A DNA stretch of 64,000 bases from Auanema rhodensis (lineage: Eukaryota; Animalia; Nematoda). Under the pieces are notes generated by a model that ran no database searches, was not told the DNA's origin, and saw only the letters and a program-made list of their open reading frames with translations. Within the stretch, counting starts at the first letter, position 1; each line of letters begins with the position of its first letter. Made by a program: the position numbers and the translations under genes. Where the stretch lies: NCBI GenBank assembly GCA_964057225.1, contig OZ059895.1:17608001-17672000 (forward strand), given 5' to 3'. Positions 1 to 14,597 of the stretch are shown piece after piece.

Positions 1-2877
1 GCAATTGTATACTCTATAATACCCATGTATCAGTAATGTTTCATAATATTTTCAAACCTATCGCTCTAATTTTTTTCAAAGTTTTAGAATTCAAATTCTA
101 CTCCCGCGAATAATCGAATAGACTTATCTGATTAGCATAATTCTCCAAAAGACTGTGAAGATGAAGCTGTTAGTTCGTGAGATCATTGTCACTTCGTGTT
201 CCCATAGTACAAGGTACCTCAGTTAGTTTACAATTTTAATTTTTTTAATTTATGTTTTATTATTATTATTATTATTATTCTACTATTTCTTTTTTTCTTA
301 TTTCTTTATGTTTGAAATCTTATATATATATAATATTTAGTTTGAAAAATCTATAATTTCTTTCATCTTCTGATCTTTAACTTTACCGATTATAAACAAA
401 TTTGAGCATGTGTATATGTGCTCACGAACACTTTTATCATCTTGTAACTGTTTTGGTCTTTTCTCACTCTCAGTTTCTCAGTTTACCTTACTATTTCTTC
501 TGCACATTCCCTTCAATTTGATCGCCTTTCTCTCGCTTTCTCCCTTTCTCTCCCTGTGCTCTTGTATTAGCATCGTCTCTTTTGGAGTCAATTTCTTCTT
601 TTCTATTTACATATTATATTGCGATTGATGTTCGAATAGAATGTCCATGGTAAGGTTCTCGTTTGCCAATCTTGTCTCAATGCATTGTCTACCATATGCG
701 CACTGAAAACGAGAAAAGGTTATTGGCCATACAACATCAATCGTGGCTTACAGCTTTGCTGTTCATCTCTCAGCCAAACGTATGGTTTCTAAGTATTTAT
801 GCTAGCACATCAAATCATAACTATGTACAACCTATCTTGCACCTCTCCCTCTCTTCCTATTTCTTTCCTTTTGTCGTTTCTATTATAGTTAACATTCTTA
901 AAGATGTAAGCAATAACCCATTATAAATGTATGATGAACGTGTAACACCTAAAGATCACAACCAAAAGCTACGTGTGTAGTCGAATGTGCTCTTGATCAC
1001 TGTGATTTGCTCATTACATTCCATCAAAAGATAAACCGGAACTATTATAATCAATCTGCAGCATATAGTATATAATCCCTGGACAATGTTGTTTTTTAAA
1101 TTATTTTTTTGGTCTCTGTTTCATGTATACTAACACCAATTAGCATAGCATAGCATAGCTTAATGTTATGTTCTTATATTATTATAGATAATTTCTTAAT
1201 AGACTACATCTGTTTATTACCTCAGTTCCTCGTATATAACAATTTTTATGATCTAGTTATGCTTTTCAATTTTTTTTATTTGCAACTACAGCTAAATACT
1301 CAAGTGTATACTAAAGAAGTAAATATAATTTGATTGCATAGCGTGTCTGAACTATTTTTCTATCATTTCTACCCTCTCTATATCATCAGTTGATATAGTA
1401 TTGTTAACTATGATTATACTATATAGTATATACAGTTTGGTTTAATGCATTTATCATCCTCAATATCTCTCACTCATCAAATGGCTTCAAGATGAAGAAG
1501 AATAAACCAACTCCATCTTCCTCATCTTCCATCTATAATTCATCATGATTTAGGCAAGATCATAGTTTAGCTTTTCTTCATTATTTCGACTCAGCTAACA
1601 GACAAATAGTCATATATGCCATCATCATCGCCTGATGGATGCATAGTGAATCTGTAAAGCAAGCTGACCAACAAAGGTCAATGTATTGCATATCGCATCC
1701 TTCACCTTTTTCACCTTCGCATACCCTTTTTGATATTAATATATAAGGTATATCATATATTATATATACATATATATATATATATGTATATATATATATG
1801 TATGAAATTCAAGTATATATCTCATTTTATATAAATGATCTTATATATTTATCTCAGTTCATTTATATATTAATCATTAGTTTAATAATCAAACATGTCA
1901 TATTTCTCAAACGTTTTCAACCAGAAACTTCGAAACTTTGAGATTAATAGCTGTCTATTGATTTGATACTATTGTTCAAAACTGATTGTTTGTTATTGAC
2001 AGTTTCAACATTATTTTTTTCTCTGGTCTTCACCATATACTCTCATCTTTTCCCTTTGATCTCTCTATCTCTTTCTTTCTAAACCCTTCCTTCTTCTTAT
2101 CTATTTCCTATCATTCATATACTAAAAGAGAAAAGGAAAATATTTCAAATGCTAACAACACATTCAATAAATCTCGAAATTATAACAAATAGTTAATGAA
2201 CTTGATATCAGTCTGAGCAACGCCACAAATATTAGCAATAGCAATGTATAGTACTTATTACTGCAACTATAACTCTATTTATTATTAGGAATATTCTTTT
2301 TATCATTCATTATTGTTCCCTCACCTCTTTATCAGCTTTATTTGAAGAGAAAATGAACTTTATTTTGGTTTATATTCTTTTGGTTGGTCATAATAGCCGA
2401 AATGATTTTTGCTCTTTTGATTAGTTTTCATAGCATTTCATTTCATCTCAATCCTTCATACTTTCGCACTTTTTATATAAAGATAGATTAATCCATTTTC
2501 TCTGCTTCAGTATTAATATGTGCTGCAATGCCTGAGGCAATAGGAACAATATAATGAAAAGAATAACAAGGAAGTTGCTCTCATATCATTGATAAACGGA
2601 TATGGCTAGGTCTACTTAGTTCAGCATAACTATTTATATATATCTATTTCTCTCTTTCTTTCTCTTTTTCTCCATCCTGACTGTCTTATCTGAAACATAT
2701 TGTGTCTGTTCGTCTTCTGATCTCATTCTGCAAATGAGTCTGTTTTGATTGTCCATTTGCGTAGAGACAACACCTAGCCGTACGTCTGTTATCCAGTATG
2801 TTCTTATAGTACGTGTTGTTCGAAGACCGTGATCGTTCAATTCACCTATCCCCATCTCTATCACCAGCGAACTGTTT

Positions 2878-2884
<7 letters not shown>

Positions 2885-2916
<32 letters not shown>
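2885..2916. repeat. (CT)n microsatellite
   Basis: Uninterrupted CT dinucleotide run; one of many in the non-coding left part of the window. Confidence 0.9.
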
Positions 2917-2922
<6 letters not shown>

Positions 2923-5900
2923 GTAATAGATATATACATATATTCCTTTTCATCTTCTCTATGCTACTCAACTAGTGTCACAAATTTCATTTGACTTTTT
3001 CAATCGGTCCTCGCTGCTATCTGAACCTCGTCAATCTACCTCTTTCCCTTTTGCCTAATCTGCAATAGGTCATCAGCTGACAACACTGATTTTCATATAA
3101 ATGTGTGTGTGTGTGTGTATGTGTGAAATCCGGACGGACCGCTTCCGCTTATTCGCCTTGAGAAACAGAACATTATTCATCATCTATGCAGATTAGAAAC
3201 GGAAGTTTAGTCTCAATCTCCGGTAATCCATACATACGACTATAACGACACTGCCATACATTATCCTCTTAATGTTCCTAAATACTCACGTTCCAGATCG
3301 CCTAGTTTTCAACCACAAAAAATTATTTTCTCTATTTTTTTTTCTACTATACATACAAAAAACCTGATACACCTGACATTGAAATATTACTTAAATGGCT
3401 TTTCTGTTTTTCCTATTTCATGTACTTTTCTTCTTTTATTTTACTTTCCTTACTGCATCATACATCAGCATAACTTCATTTTTAATTTTTTCACTCACAA
3501 TCAATCCTTGCTCTCCAATATTTTCTTCTTCCATTTCAAAATCATCAAATATTTCTATGATCTTCATATTATATGAACACTTATCAATTCATCGACATAA
3601 TACTCCTATTTACGAGCTTTTATCAGCCTAACTTAACAGCTTCACTAGGTGTAAATGCTGAAGAATCTAATGTGATATTCCGATCTCTAGATATCAAGAT
3701 TCTTTTCTCTTTAATCACTTCACAGTACACAATCACAGTTTTCGCTCTACATACGAGTGTTACTTATGTGTTCCGCATCGCTAAAAATCCGTAAACAGTA
3801 AAGTTTTCTATTCAATTGTCGTGTATCATCATAGTCATTGCTTGAACTTGAAGCGTCATCTGAAGGTTCACGTGTCCCAGATCATCTGCTCAACAAACAG
3901 TTGTGGCTTCGTCGTCCTTTTCGTGTAAAAGGGATATGCATTATCACTGTTTTCTTCTCCGTAAACCGAAGCATTAGTTAGGCCTATCGGTTTGTTTTCT
4001 TCTGTTGATTGCGCAAGTTAGGATTTGTATCTCATTATAGCTCTAGTATTTCAGTTTCTCTCTCAATCTTTATCCTCTTCCCTCTCTTTACTCCCATATC
4101 TTTCTTTCTCTTCATCTTCTCTTTGTATTTCTCTTTAAAAATGGCTAAACAACGGATTTAGAACAACAGATATTGCTAGTAATTTATATAAACTATGATC
4201 TACTTTTTCTTTCATTTATTCGTCTTACCTTTCCATTTTATTGTATATTCTCGTTCATATATCAAGAGTCTGAAAGCACTATTTTTGTTTTTTTTGTTCT
4301 TTGCGGCTCCTTTCTTTCATCTATGCTTTCCTCTCATATGTTGTCATACTTTATTGCTTCTTTTCCGAAATCCCCTGGTGTGATGATGATGCTATTGGGT
4401 GGTATGATCTGTTTACTTACTAGCTTTAACTCTTTTATATTTGAATCCTGAACAGTTATTAGCCTGGCTCTTCATTTCTCTTTCCCTTCTTTCTCTCTTA
4501 CGGATGTTTTCTATTCATTATTTTGCTTTCATTCGTTTGCAAATTAATTGGACTTTTCTGAGGGTGAAAGAGAAACTATGCCTGTTGAAGATACAAGATT
4601 GCCGGTCCTTTTGTTATGAATCGTCCTCTTCCTTCCTTCCTCATTCAGATGAATCCAGCTATTTCCATCCCATTCCTTTCATGCAATACTAATCGTCCTT
4701 CTTCAGCATGTAAATGGTATTTCTGTTCAGCTATCTTTCGATTTAATATTCACGCACCTGTTGTTCTCTGGCTCACTCTGCAACACGTTGAACATTTTCA
4801 TGTTCATATGATTCTCTTCACGTTATTTTGCTCTTTTTTATTATACTTTACTTGTATACCTAACTTATATTAACCATATATACATATACTTATATTGATG
4901 TGAAGCAGGATATTTGAAAAAATATCTATTTATTCAAGAGATTTCAGCACGTTATATACTGAAGTTTGATCATCTGTTTTCGGGTACTGTTAGGCTTTCT
5001 GAGCTCCCTCGTTCACAATAATTTTCTCTCATTCTCTCTCTATTCATATAATTTCGATATTTTATCTATTACCGTTGAACATATACTCAAATTCTGTTTT
5101 GAATGTTTTTGTTATCCGAAACGAATAGTAAAACAGAAATTATGGGAGTGCGCTCATCTGGTCATCAACATCCTGCTAAAAACCACTAGCTGACGTCGCC
5201 AATAAGTAATGTCAGATGTAATATTATTCACAGAGTATATTTGATTTGTGAGCGATTTTGGGCTATTTTTTTCACAATAATCTAGACAGTCATGTAGAAT
5301 TACACATGACAAGCATAGTAGAAGACAGAAAAGTTCAATTTGATGTCGAGACTATTTGCAGGATGATAATAGTTGTTGTGCAGATGCAGTAAGTTAGATG
5401 AATATGATGAAGGTATGTGTCGAATACAGCAAGTTTCAACAGTTAGTCGATCTACGGCTACTCCATTTTGACGTTCGTTCACCAGTTGGCGATGTACGTA
5501 ATGTAGACAGTCAATCAGAATGATTGTACACGAACGTTTACTGCCATATATGACAATCATAATCATCATGTCATGCTAATATATAAAAATAGTTATTTTT
5601 CATTAACAATGTGTGGCGAACAGCTGAGGATAAAGATCATGAGGATGCAGTTGTCTGATGTTTTGGTTGTGAAAGATAAACAGAGGAAAAGGTAAAGGCG
5701 TAAGCTATATAGATAGAGAGAGGGGGAGGATACAAGCCGTTGCTGTACAGAGTAAAAGCAGATTTAGACTGATAAGAAAACAAGCAGTAGTACACGAACT
5801 GTAAGAAATGATCAGAAAAATAGAACCGGAAATTCTAAGTCTGAGTCTGGTACATTGACCGTAAATTATATTCGTTAAATTCTTTTCTGGTACTCAATTT

Positions 5901-7068
5901 TTACTTATATTCTTTATTTTTTTCTCTCTCTCTCTCTCTCTCTTTCTTTTTCTCTCTTTCTTACTTTCTTTCTATCTCCATTTATCTATCTCTCCTATTT
6001 TCTACAATATATCATTTCTTTTTCAATCCAACTAATTCAGCCTTGTTCTTTGTTCTGTTTCCAGCTATGACTCTACTCAACCCATGTGTACCACCTGCTA
6101 GCACATGATCATATATTCTATTCGTGCTTGCAACAATGCTTCTTTCCGTACTTTTCATAAATACGTCATTTGTGTTCATCCTTCTCTTCTAGTCTTCAAT
6201 ATCCTAACCTACCAAGTTAATAGCTGCTATGTAATTTCTTTATCCTATATCATTCGGATTTTCTTTTTTCCCTGCCAAAGCTTGAAGGCTTCATAATCCA
6301 CAAAGTTCCACTGAACCTTTATGCAGGATTCTTCCTTTTTTTTTCGCTTAATTAAGCTTTCACCATTCTTGAATCTAAATCGAATCCGGATCTAATCAGC
6401 CTTTTATCATGTTTGAATATTTCGATTTAACATGGACTACATGGCAGAAATGATTAAAAGATGAAATCACAACTATACATATGGATATCTATATATCCAG
6501 TACTTGCCTTCGAGTTTGTTGTTATATTTCATTTTCATCTTTGCATGATGCTACACGTTCAACAGCGCGCTATTCGGCTATTTTGCTTGGTTCAATTCAC
6601 TATTTTATCAGCATTTTTACTATTTTTAAAACATAAAAAGTAAAATTAACGCGTTTTGATTCAGACGCACGCACAGTCACTCTTTCACATCAAATCCTTC
6701 GCCGTCTCTCCCTTGCTCTCTTATTTTTTTGTGTCTCTTCTGACCATTCTTCTTAACACATATAGTATTGAGAAAGGAAAAAAAACTTTTCTTAACTCTC
6801 ACTTTTTTGTCTTACTGAATAGTTAACATTTTTTATTTCATACTCTGTCTTGTGCATCATCAAAGCAACTTTGTGGGTGTATGTACTTTAGATTAATTAA
6901 CTTTAACTTTTTGAAATGCTGGCCAATCTCATCTACTTTTATTTTGTTGTTTTGTTAAAAAAAATTGGGTGATGACTAGAATTGGGTAGTGGGGGTTGGT
7001 AAGAGAAATTAAAGAACAGCCCTATGATAAATAGATGAAACATATTTAAAAAATGAGAAAAAGAGACG

Positions 7069-7100
<32 letters not shown>

Positions 7101-10100
7101 AAAAAATTGGTGAGCTGAGCTGACGGAAACATTCATTTCTCAAAGTTCATACAACGAAGCAAGCAAAGATTGAGAAGAAATGTAATCGGTCTTGCCTTAT
7201 TATACTTCTTCTTAGAGAGTTTATTGTGAATCATATTATTAATTGTCTTAAGTATAGATAAAAGCACATAAATCTTGAATTTATTGACTGATGGTGTTGA
7301 AGATGAAATAGTTTATCAAGTCATTTCAGCGCATATAAGCTGGTTATCTCTATCACTATTCGTTGTCTGACTGCATTTCATATCTCATACAACTAACTAA
7401 TTATGCTAACTATAAATTAGGATCATAGTCTAGCATGCAGATTTAGACGTCTTCTATTTCATTTTCTGCATATATTTTCATTCTAATGACTTAAAGAACC
7501 TGTCATTCAATTATCTCGCACCTCGATTCTATTAAGAAAACTTAAGTATGTGCCATCGTCATGTTTGATCGGATCCATTGATCACTCAAGCGGAAAAGTT
7601 GACTGAGTTTCATGGCCTACGGGAATAATTGATGGAAGAAGTAATTATCTACCACGTAAGTAAGAAGTAGTACTTATCTATGCTATAACTTTACGTTATA
7701 GTTATGCTATTTATCTTAAAGTTATAGAAATTGAATAACAAGAATGTATTTTTCTCACCACTTTTTTTAATTTCCCAAATGCAATTTTTCTCTCAGTTAG
7801 TTTTATTAATATAACTCAATATTTGACACATTTCTATGTCTTCCTTTATTACTATCATTGATATTACCTCATATTTTGGCTATTCTTTCGTATTAAACTC
7901 ATTTCCATAGGTGAAATAAGTTGCTCATTCTATAAAAGACAGGAGAAGGGAAGGGGGAGAGAGTTAGAGAGAGAAAAGAAGAGAGAGAGAGAAGAGAAGA
8001 TTGATAGATAGAGAGAATAGAAGAGAAACAGGCTGAGTACCATAAAAGGAAGAGATAGGGGATGAGGACCTATGTGATGTTGGTGATTCTGAATAGTTCC
8101 GGTTAATAAGTGTTCGACGCACGCATATGTTGTTCCATTCTGTACGTCGCTTTGTAGACTTGTCATTCGTTTAACCTCGTTCCAACTTACCTCACCTATG
8201 GAAATGAGTTCACCTCACTGGTCAGTCAAGTTAGTCAGTCAGATGACGAGACATTGACAACAATACAAGACAAAAACAAGCCGCAAGTAATATTCCAAAT
8301 AAATAATCATATACGTATTGAAAAGAAAGAAAATTTACTTGAGTAATACTTCTACATTACTTCTACTATATTCATTTTTACTATATATAATACGTATATT
8401 TTGAATAGTTAGTATTATCTTTATTACTTTTAGTTATGACAATCTTTTTTGTGTATCTCTTAATCATGTATATATGTATATATAGTGTTCATCTTACTGC
8501 TGCCTCGTCTATACGTATAGTTCTATTTCTCCAGACGTCCATTATCTGATTAACTTCAATCTCATACTTCCAATGCATGATCTTTTAACTTATTATTTAC
8601 TATTCAGCATCTTATCATTAGCTATTCTAGCTCTTAGTAGCATATTTTTTAAGCATATAAGATTTCAATTATAGTTTATATTTTAATTCAAACAAATCAA
8701 ATATATGCATATAGTTAAATGTTATCATCATATTGCCAATAATATAATACATATGGCTAGATGATGCAGCTGTTTTGATTGGCTTTTCTAAATTTTTTTG
8801 TATGAGAAAAACCGCTATTCATGTTCAGATGATTGAATAGCATCATTGAATGAGGTTGTAACGATATAATGTATCAGCATTACTAGCTATTTGTATATAA
8901 GTATATAGGTAATAACATTTTATCTATTTGGAACCAGTCTATCTAATATCTCACTATCTTCGGTTGTTCATTTCAAATTTTCGTTTCTAATTGCATTCTC
9001 GCTAGCGTTCCTTTATTATTCTTATTCGATTATAAAAAAAGTTTTTTCTTTTTTTCCCCTTTAAAACCTTAACTTGGTTACTTACTATTATATGAATTAT
9101 ATGTACTGCATAGCTTTTGACTTCTTCTGAATTATTCAAAAAATGCTCCAAATTGTTGTGCATATGCTCAGCTTACCTTTTAGCTTACCTACTTCCTATG
9201 ATTTCTTCTACGTTCTCTTCAATATATGTTTTTTGAATGTTCATATTCATATTAATTCATTCAAAACCTTCTGATGACCAGCAGATAAGAGTATCACTTT
9301 TATTCTTATGTTTATCAAAAATTAATATTACCTTCTGCTTAACAACATGTTACTGCTAATCCTCTGTGATGCAGTACTGATTGATCATATTATTTTTATT
9401 TTCTTCTGATAAGTTTCTTCAATGTTTCTTCGTTATCATAATTCATAAAAACCATATCCGTACCATCCATCTATAGTGATTGCCACGCAAGATGTATACC
9501 TTGAGGCTAATAACGTAACCTGGCTAACAATACCATATTGTCTTATATGAATCTATATAGAATCTATAAATTGATGGCAGCTTATTGTTGATTATCTTCA
9601 AATTTAACAAAGTGATGATAGTAAGCTGATCATGTTTTACGCTTACGCTTGTTGATGTTGATGCTATTTTTATTACATCTTTCACACCATTAGCATGTTT
9701 TAGAATTTATAGTATTTGGAAAAGAAATTGCTGCAGTTATGATCAAGCAAATACTAATAAGAGAGCGAAAAGCAAAAAAGCATGGTGCGATGGATAAGAA
9801 TTAAAATAATGAATATAGAGGAGCATGTGAAAGATGAGAGAAAGAATTCCAGAAAGCTAGTAAACATTGGAAGAGAGAGAGAGAGAAAGAGAGAAGGATG
9901 GAAAGAACTATAGAAGATGAATTGTGAAGGACATCTTTCAAGTGTCTCTATTTAACCGAGTATGTGTTGAGTTAGTTTGTTAGTAGAATATGTGCATATA
10001 GTTGAACGGACGGGAAAAATATGTTTCGCAACTGAGCTTCTACTATCAGCTGCTATCGTGTTTGCATCACTTGTTTCAATGCATGTGTGTGCATGCATGT

Positions 10101-13100
10101 GCATATACCAGGTATATGCATATTAGAAAACATGGACTGTTGATGACCTTCTATTTCTTTGCACTGATTCGTGAGCTAGAACCTGAACTGCTGTTCTATA
10201 GGTTGGTTGGTCCAGCTGCTTACTCAAATTATGCTATATCATATAGTATACATATATATATATTTATATGTATGTTAGTAGTTTGAAGCATTAATTCTTT
10301 TGTATTGCATCGAACAATAACCTTCTACATTTTTTTATTTTATTCCTTTTTTTTTATTTTTCTATGATCATAATAGTACTTTTTTCGTTTAGTCGAAAAC
10401 GTATTCGATTATTGCCGAATTGGCTATATCGCAATATCTTATTTTGTTTTATTTGGTTTCTAATTTAAAAAATGGAAACGGTCACCTTGTTCACTGTCAT
10501 CTCTATATCTTCGAATCGGATTGACATATCTTCTTGTTAAACAAACTCAATTAACTACAATCATAAGCTTTCATTACACATAAGTTTTCCAATACATTGA
10601 GATTAAAGATCGTATAGTACATAAACTATATCTATACTATATATAGAATAGATATAGTTTGTGAGTATACTGACAAGCTCAAACTAACATGTTTTTTTTT
10701 TCATTTTTGTCGTAATTTTAACAAAATTTAGAACAATTATTTATTTATATGGTATAGTAAGATGCATATATTTTAAATTAATATATATATATATATATCT
10801 TGCTATCTATCTATACATATATTTCACGTACAAAGTTATGCATAGTTCTAAGCTCATCCAGAGCGTATTTCAGCTTGAATCGGTTCTATTAGTTCCGCAT
10901 GCCTGCAGCCATTTCCGTCAACGTCTTTTCATACGTAAGAGCCGATGTAGTACGTGTACTCATGTTAACCTATTATAACTTGTTTCATATTTATTATATG
11001 CGTATAGTATATGCACTTCATACACATAGTTATATACATGTAGTAGAAGATACATTAGCTCAATGCACATGTACATATGTATATAATATATAATATATGT
11101 ATTTATATTTATATTTATATATAGTGTTTATGAGCAATTGCTTGTATGTGTGTATACAATATCTATAGATGATATATCAATGCGGTATGAGTTAGATAGA
11201 GCTGATATATAGTTGTTACCTATACGTATTTGTAATTCATGTGAATACGACAGAACGAGACAAAACATTTGTTTTTTTTTTATCTATTTCTCTAGTCCCT
11301 TTAGCTTTCCGCTTCTCAGTACTTCTCACAACACGTGTGTGTGTATGTAATGCTGTGAATGTATATGGGCAAAAAAGACAACGTTCTTTGAACTTCTTGA
11401 CATGTAGTGTGAACTATGGTGCTATAGATTTAGTATCTTTGATTTAAGTTATATTCAACAGCTTTATATATAGTTATCTATAGTTATAAATATATTCATT
11501 CTTTACTATAACTTTTCTCTGCACCTGTCTACTCTCAATTCTCTATAGGTATTTCGTTTACTTTTACTCTCTTTATCCCTTTATTCCTTTTCTGGTTTAC
11601 GATTCAATCACATTGAAAAGTTGTAGTTCATTTTAACACATGATGTGACCAATACATGCCGTTTCGACATCCTGTTTGTCCCGCTTGTCCCTCTCTTCTC
11701 TCTTTGCTTTCAATCTTTTCTTCCAATTTGCTTTTTCTGTGCCCATTGGACTAACTTTGACCAACTACATGCTACTGCTACATAACGACAACCAATTGAC
11801 CGTTGACCTGATGAGAGACTGTCACAGCCTGTCTGATCGACTTGTGTGATTTTCACTACTTTCTCCAGCCATTACTTGTTCTGGTAGAAACGAAACACTC
11901 ATGTTCTTTCTAATATTTATGTCATTTCATGCCAGGGTTCGACAAAATTTGTGCTTCCACATGCAGTTTTTTCAGTTTCAGTTAGCCAGTAGTGAACATG
12001 TTTTATCCGGTTACATCTGCCCTTAGCTTCCTTTCCAATATCCTCAATTACAACATAGATATCGTTAACAAGCTGATTTTTCGTTTTGTTTTCTTCTTTC
12101 TTTCTTTTATCCTCGTTCTTATCCTCATTTCACATCTCCATTTTCTCAAGTTCGTCTGCCATAACGCACTTGGAATCTTCTGTTCTTTTCTACCTCTTGT
12201 ACCTTTTCACCTTCGCGAAAAACTGGCTTTCGTTCTCTTGGATAATATCGTGCCCTCGCTATTTTCTGCATTTTTCAAAAAAAAAAGAAAAGAAGAAGAT
12301 GATGATGATGATGAAGAAAGTAAGTGTTTTCTTCTCTCCCTCTCATCCCTTTCTCTCATCTTCACGCTCTTTTTACTTTTTAATGTTTTATTGCCTGTCC
12401 CTGGCATCTACCAAAGTAATAGCCTTCCTGTCAGCATAATCTATTCCTTTATGTGTGCATATTACATGTATCGCTTACATATAGTCAAGCATACTTACTC
12501 ATACTTGCGTACAACTTAAACAATTACTGATGAAGCTTGAGCTACATCTATATGCACATCTCGATAAGTCACTTTCTACAGCCGTATGTCAAAAGCATTA
12601 CTAGTTACAACATGGTATATTCATGCATAACATTAGCATATGATTGAGATGTTCATCTTATTCTTCATCATTTTTTCTGCTTTTTTTTGTTCTTTTCTCA
12701 TTCTTGTCAGCACTGCATACTTCATTCTGGGTGCGTACTGCTTAAACAATGTTGTCGATCTAATATCTTATTAACAAGCTTTAAAATGATTAGTTTTGTC
12801 ATGCTCACGCTGAATGACCAAGAAAAAAAAGATAATCAGAAACACTCCCAAAATCACTCTCTCAGTCATTTGTTTGCAGTTTTGTTTTCCCTCTTCCATA
12901 CCCTCTCTCTCCTCTCGAAATAGCTCTTTTCTTGAAATTTTGTGCTTTTGAATGTGTGACTCTTAAGTGCAAGAAAGCATTGTTTTGCTCCGAAATTCAC
13001 GTAAAACCTTAAACATATGCCCTTCAATCTTTTTTTCATGTCTATGCTTCTTCTTTCCAAATTTCTTGTTCACGTTGGGCTATTTTATTTTCTCTGTCTT

Positions 13101-13903
13101 CACGAAAAGAACAAAAGACATGAAACCAAAAATCTAATTTCTGCACATGTTGCATGCTCTGCAACTAGTGTATGTTATTCTTCATAGTATTGCCTGTGTT
13201 GAACTCTGATATCTCTCTGATACATCAGGTACAACTTGCACATACTCAATCTGTCCCCTGCCTGCTACTGTACATGCAATCGATGATATCTGATTGATGT
13301 GATATATGAAGCTTAGCATATTGCAATCAGCATTTCTGCGTTTCAGCTCATCATGCCTAGCATTTCATATACTTTCACTCTTTGCTTGTGTCTTTATCAC
13401 ACTGTCTCATATATCTCTCCTCACGTATCGCTTCTTATTCACATTTGTCTATCGCTTGTCGTAACTATATCATATTGTTAATTATTTTTACTAAATTATA
13501 TTAACATCTTTCAGGTTATGTTATAACTTCAATCATCATTACCCTATTCTATATTGTCATATTTTGCTCAATTGTTTTCTCCTGCAGCAGTTTACTTGCA
13601 ATTTTTGCGAAGAATGTGATTGTCTCAGACTTTGATACTCAATCTATCTTTTCGTTATACGCATCAGTCTACTTCACATCATTTTAGCTCTAAGATCTAT
13701 TCGTTAGTGCGCTCGTTTGTTTATGCTGTTTGTTAACCATTTCCAGATTTTGCTCAATCAGAATATAAGACTGTTGTAACTGAACTCGTCCCACCTGTTG
13801 TCATTTAATCAATTTTTCTTGAAAGATGAGTAGTAATTTATGGATTGCAACCCTAATCAGTTAATTCGTGTAATACACTTTCATCTCTTTGCCCACTTTC
13901 TCC

Positions 13904-13907
<4 letters not shown>

Positions 13908-13954
<47 letters not shown>
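13908..13954. repeat. (CT)n microsatellite
   Basis: Perfect CT run of about 23 units. Confidence 0.9.
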
Positions 13955-13958
<4 letters not shown>

Positions 13959-14560
13959 CCTTTTATCTGTCTCCTTCTTTCTCTTTCAATAAACTCATAG
14001 CTTTTATTCATTGTATTCATCCACTTTTTTTCTTCAGAATGTCATCCGACATTCACCAGCTTTAGACATATAGCTAAATGCCTGCTCAATTGCATAACTA
14101 ATTTTGGAATTTTCATGTTTCTTATTCGGTTTCATCATACTCTTTGTGCAACACGTTCAGTCTTCTACCAAACGCCTCTTCTTTCCATTGCTCTCCATTG
14201 CTGTCTGACCTAGCCTTTCGATCCATTTCACGATTTCCTTATTGTTCTTCAACTATCTTAATTTTTTGTTTCAAGTTTCTCCAGCAAAATCAAGTTTTAA
14301 ATGCTCGTTGCTCTCTCTTTTTTTCATGTTCACATGCTATCTAATCAGTTAGCCTTCGAGTGACAGCTCCTTTGTTCCTCTACTCAAAACATCTGGCTAA
14401 TTTATATAAACGGTATATATGTATATAGTTAAAGGATTTTTGATCGCAACATATAGCTGAATACTAATGCTATTGACTTGTCAGCCAGATGTCCGATTGA
14501 AAAATTGAAAAATTGCTCAGAGCTTTTCTTCTATTCTGTCTGCTACTTTGTTCCGTATCC

Positions 14561-14597
<37 letters not shown>

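Noticed and set aside
161-213. ATG-containing mini-exon ending AAG|GTACC as a first exon of the MARCH gene
   Set aside because: Joining it to the 22283 acceptor gives the wrong frame and an early stop.
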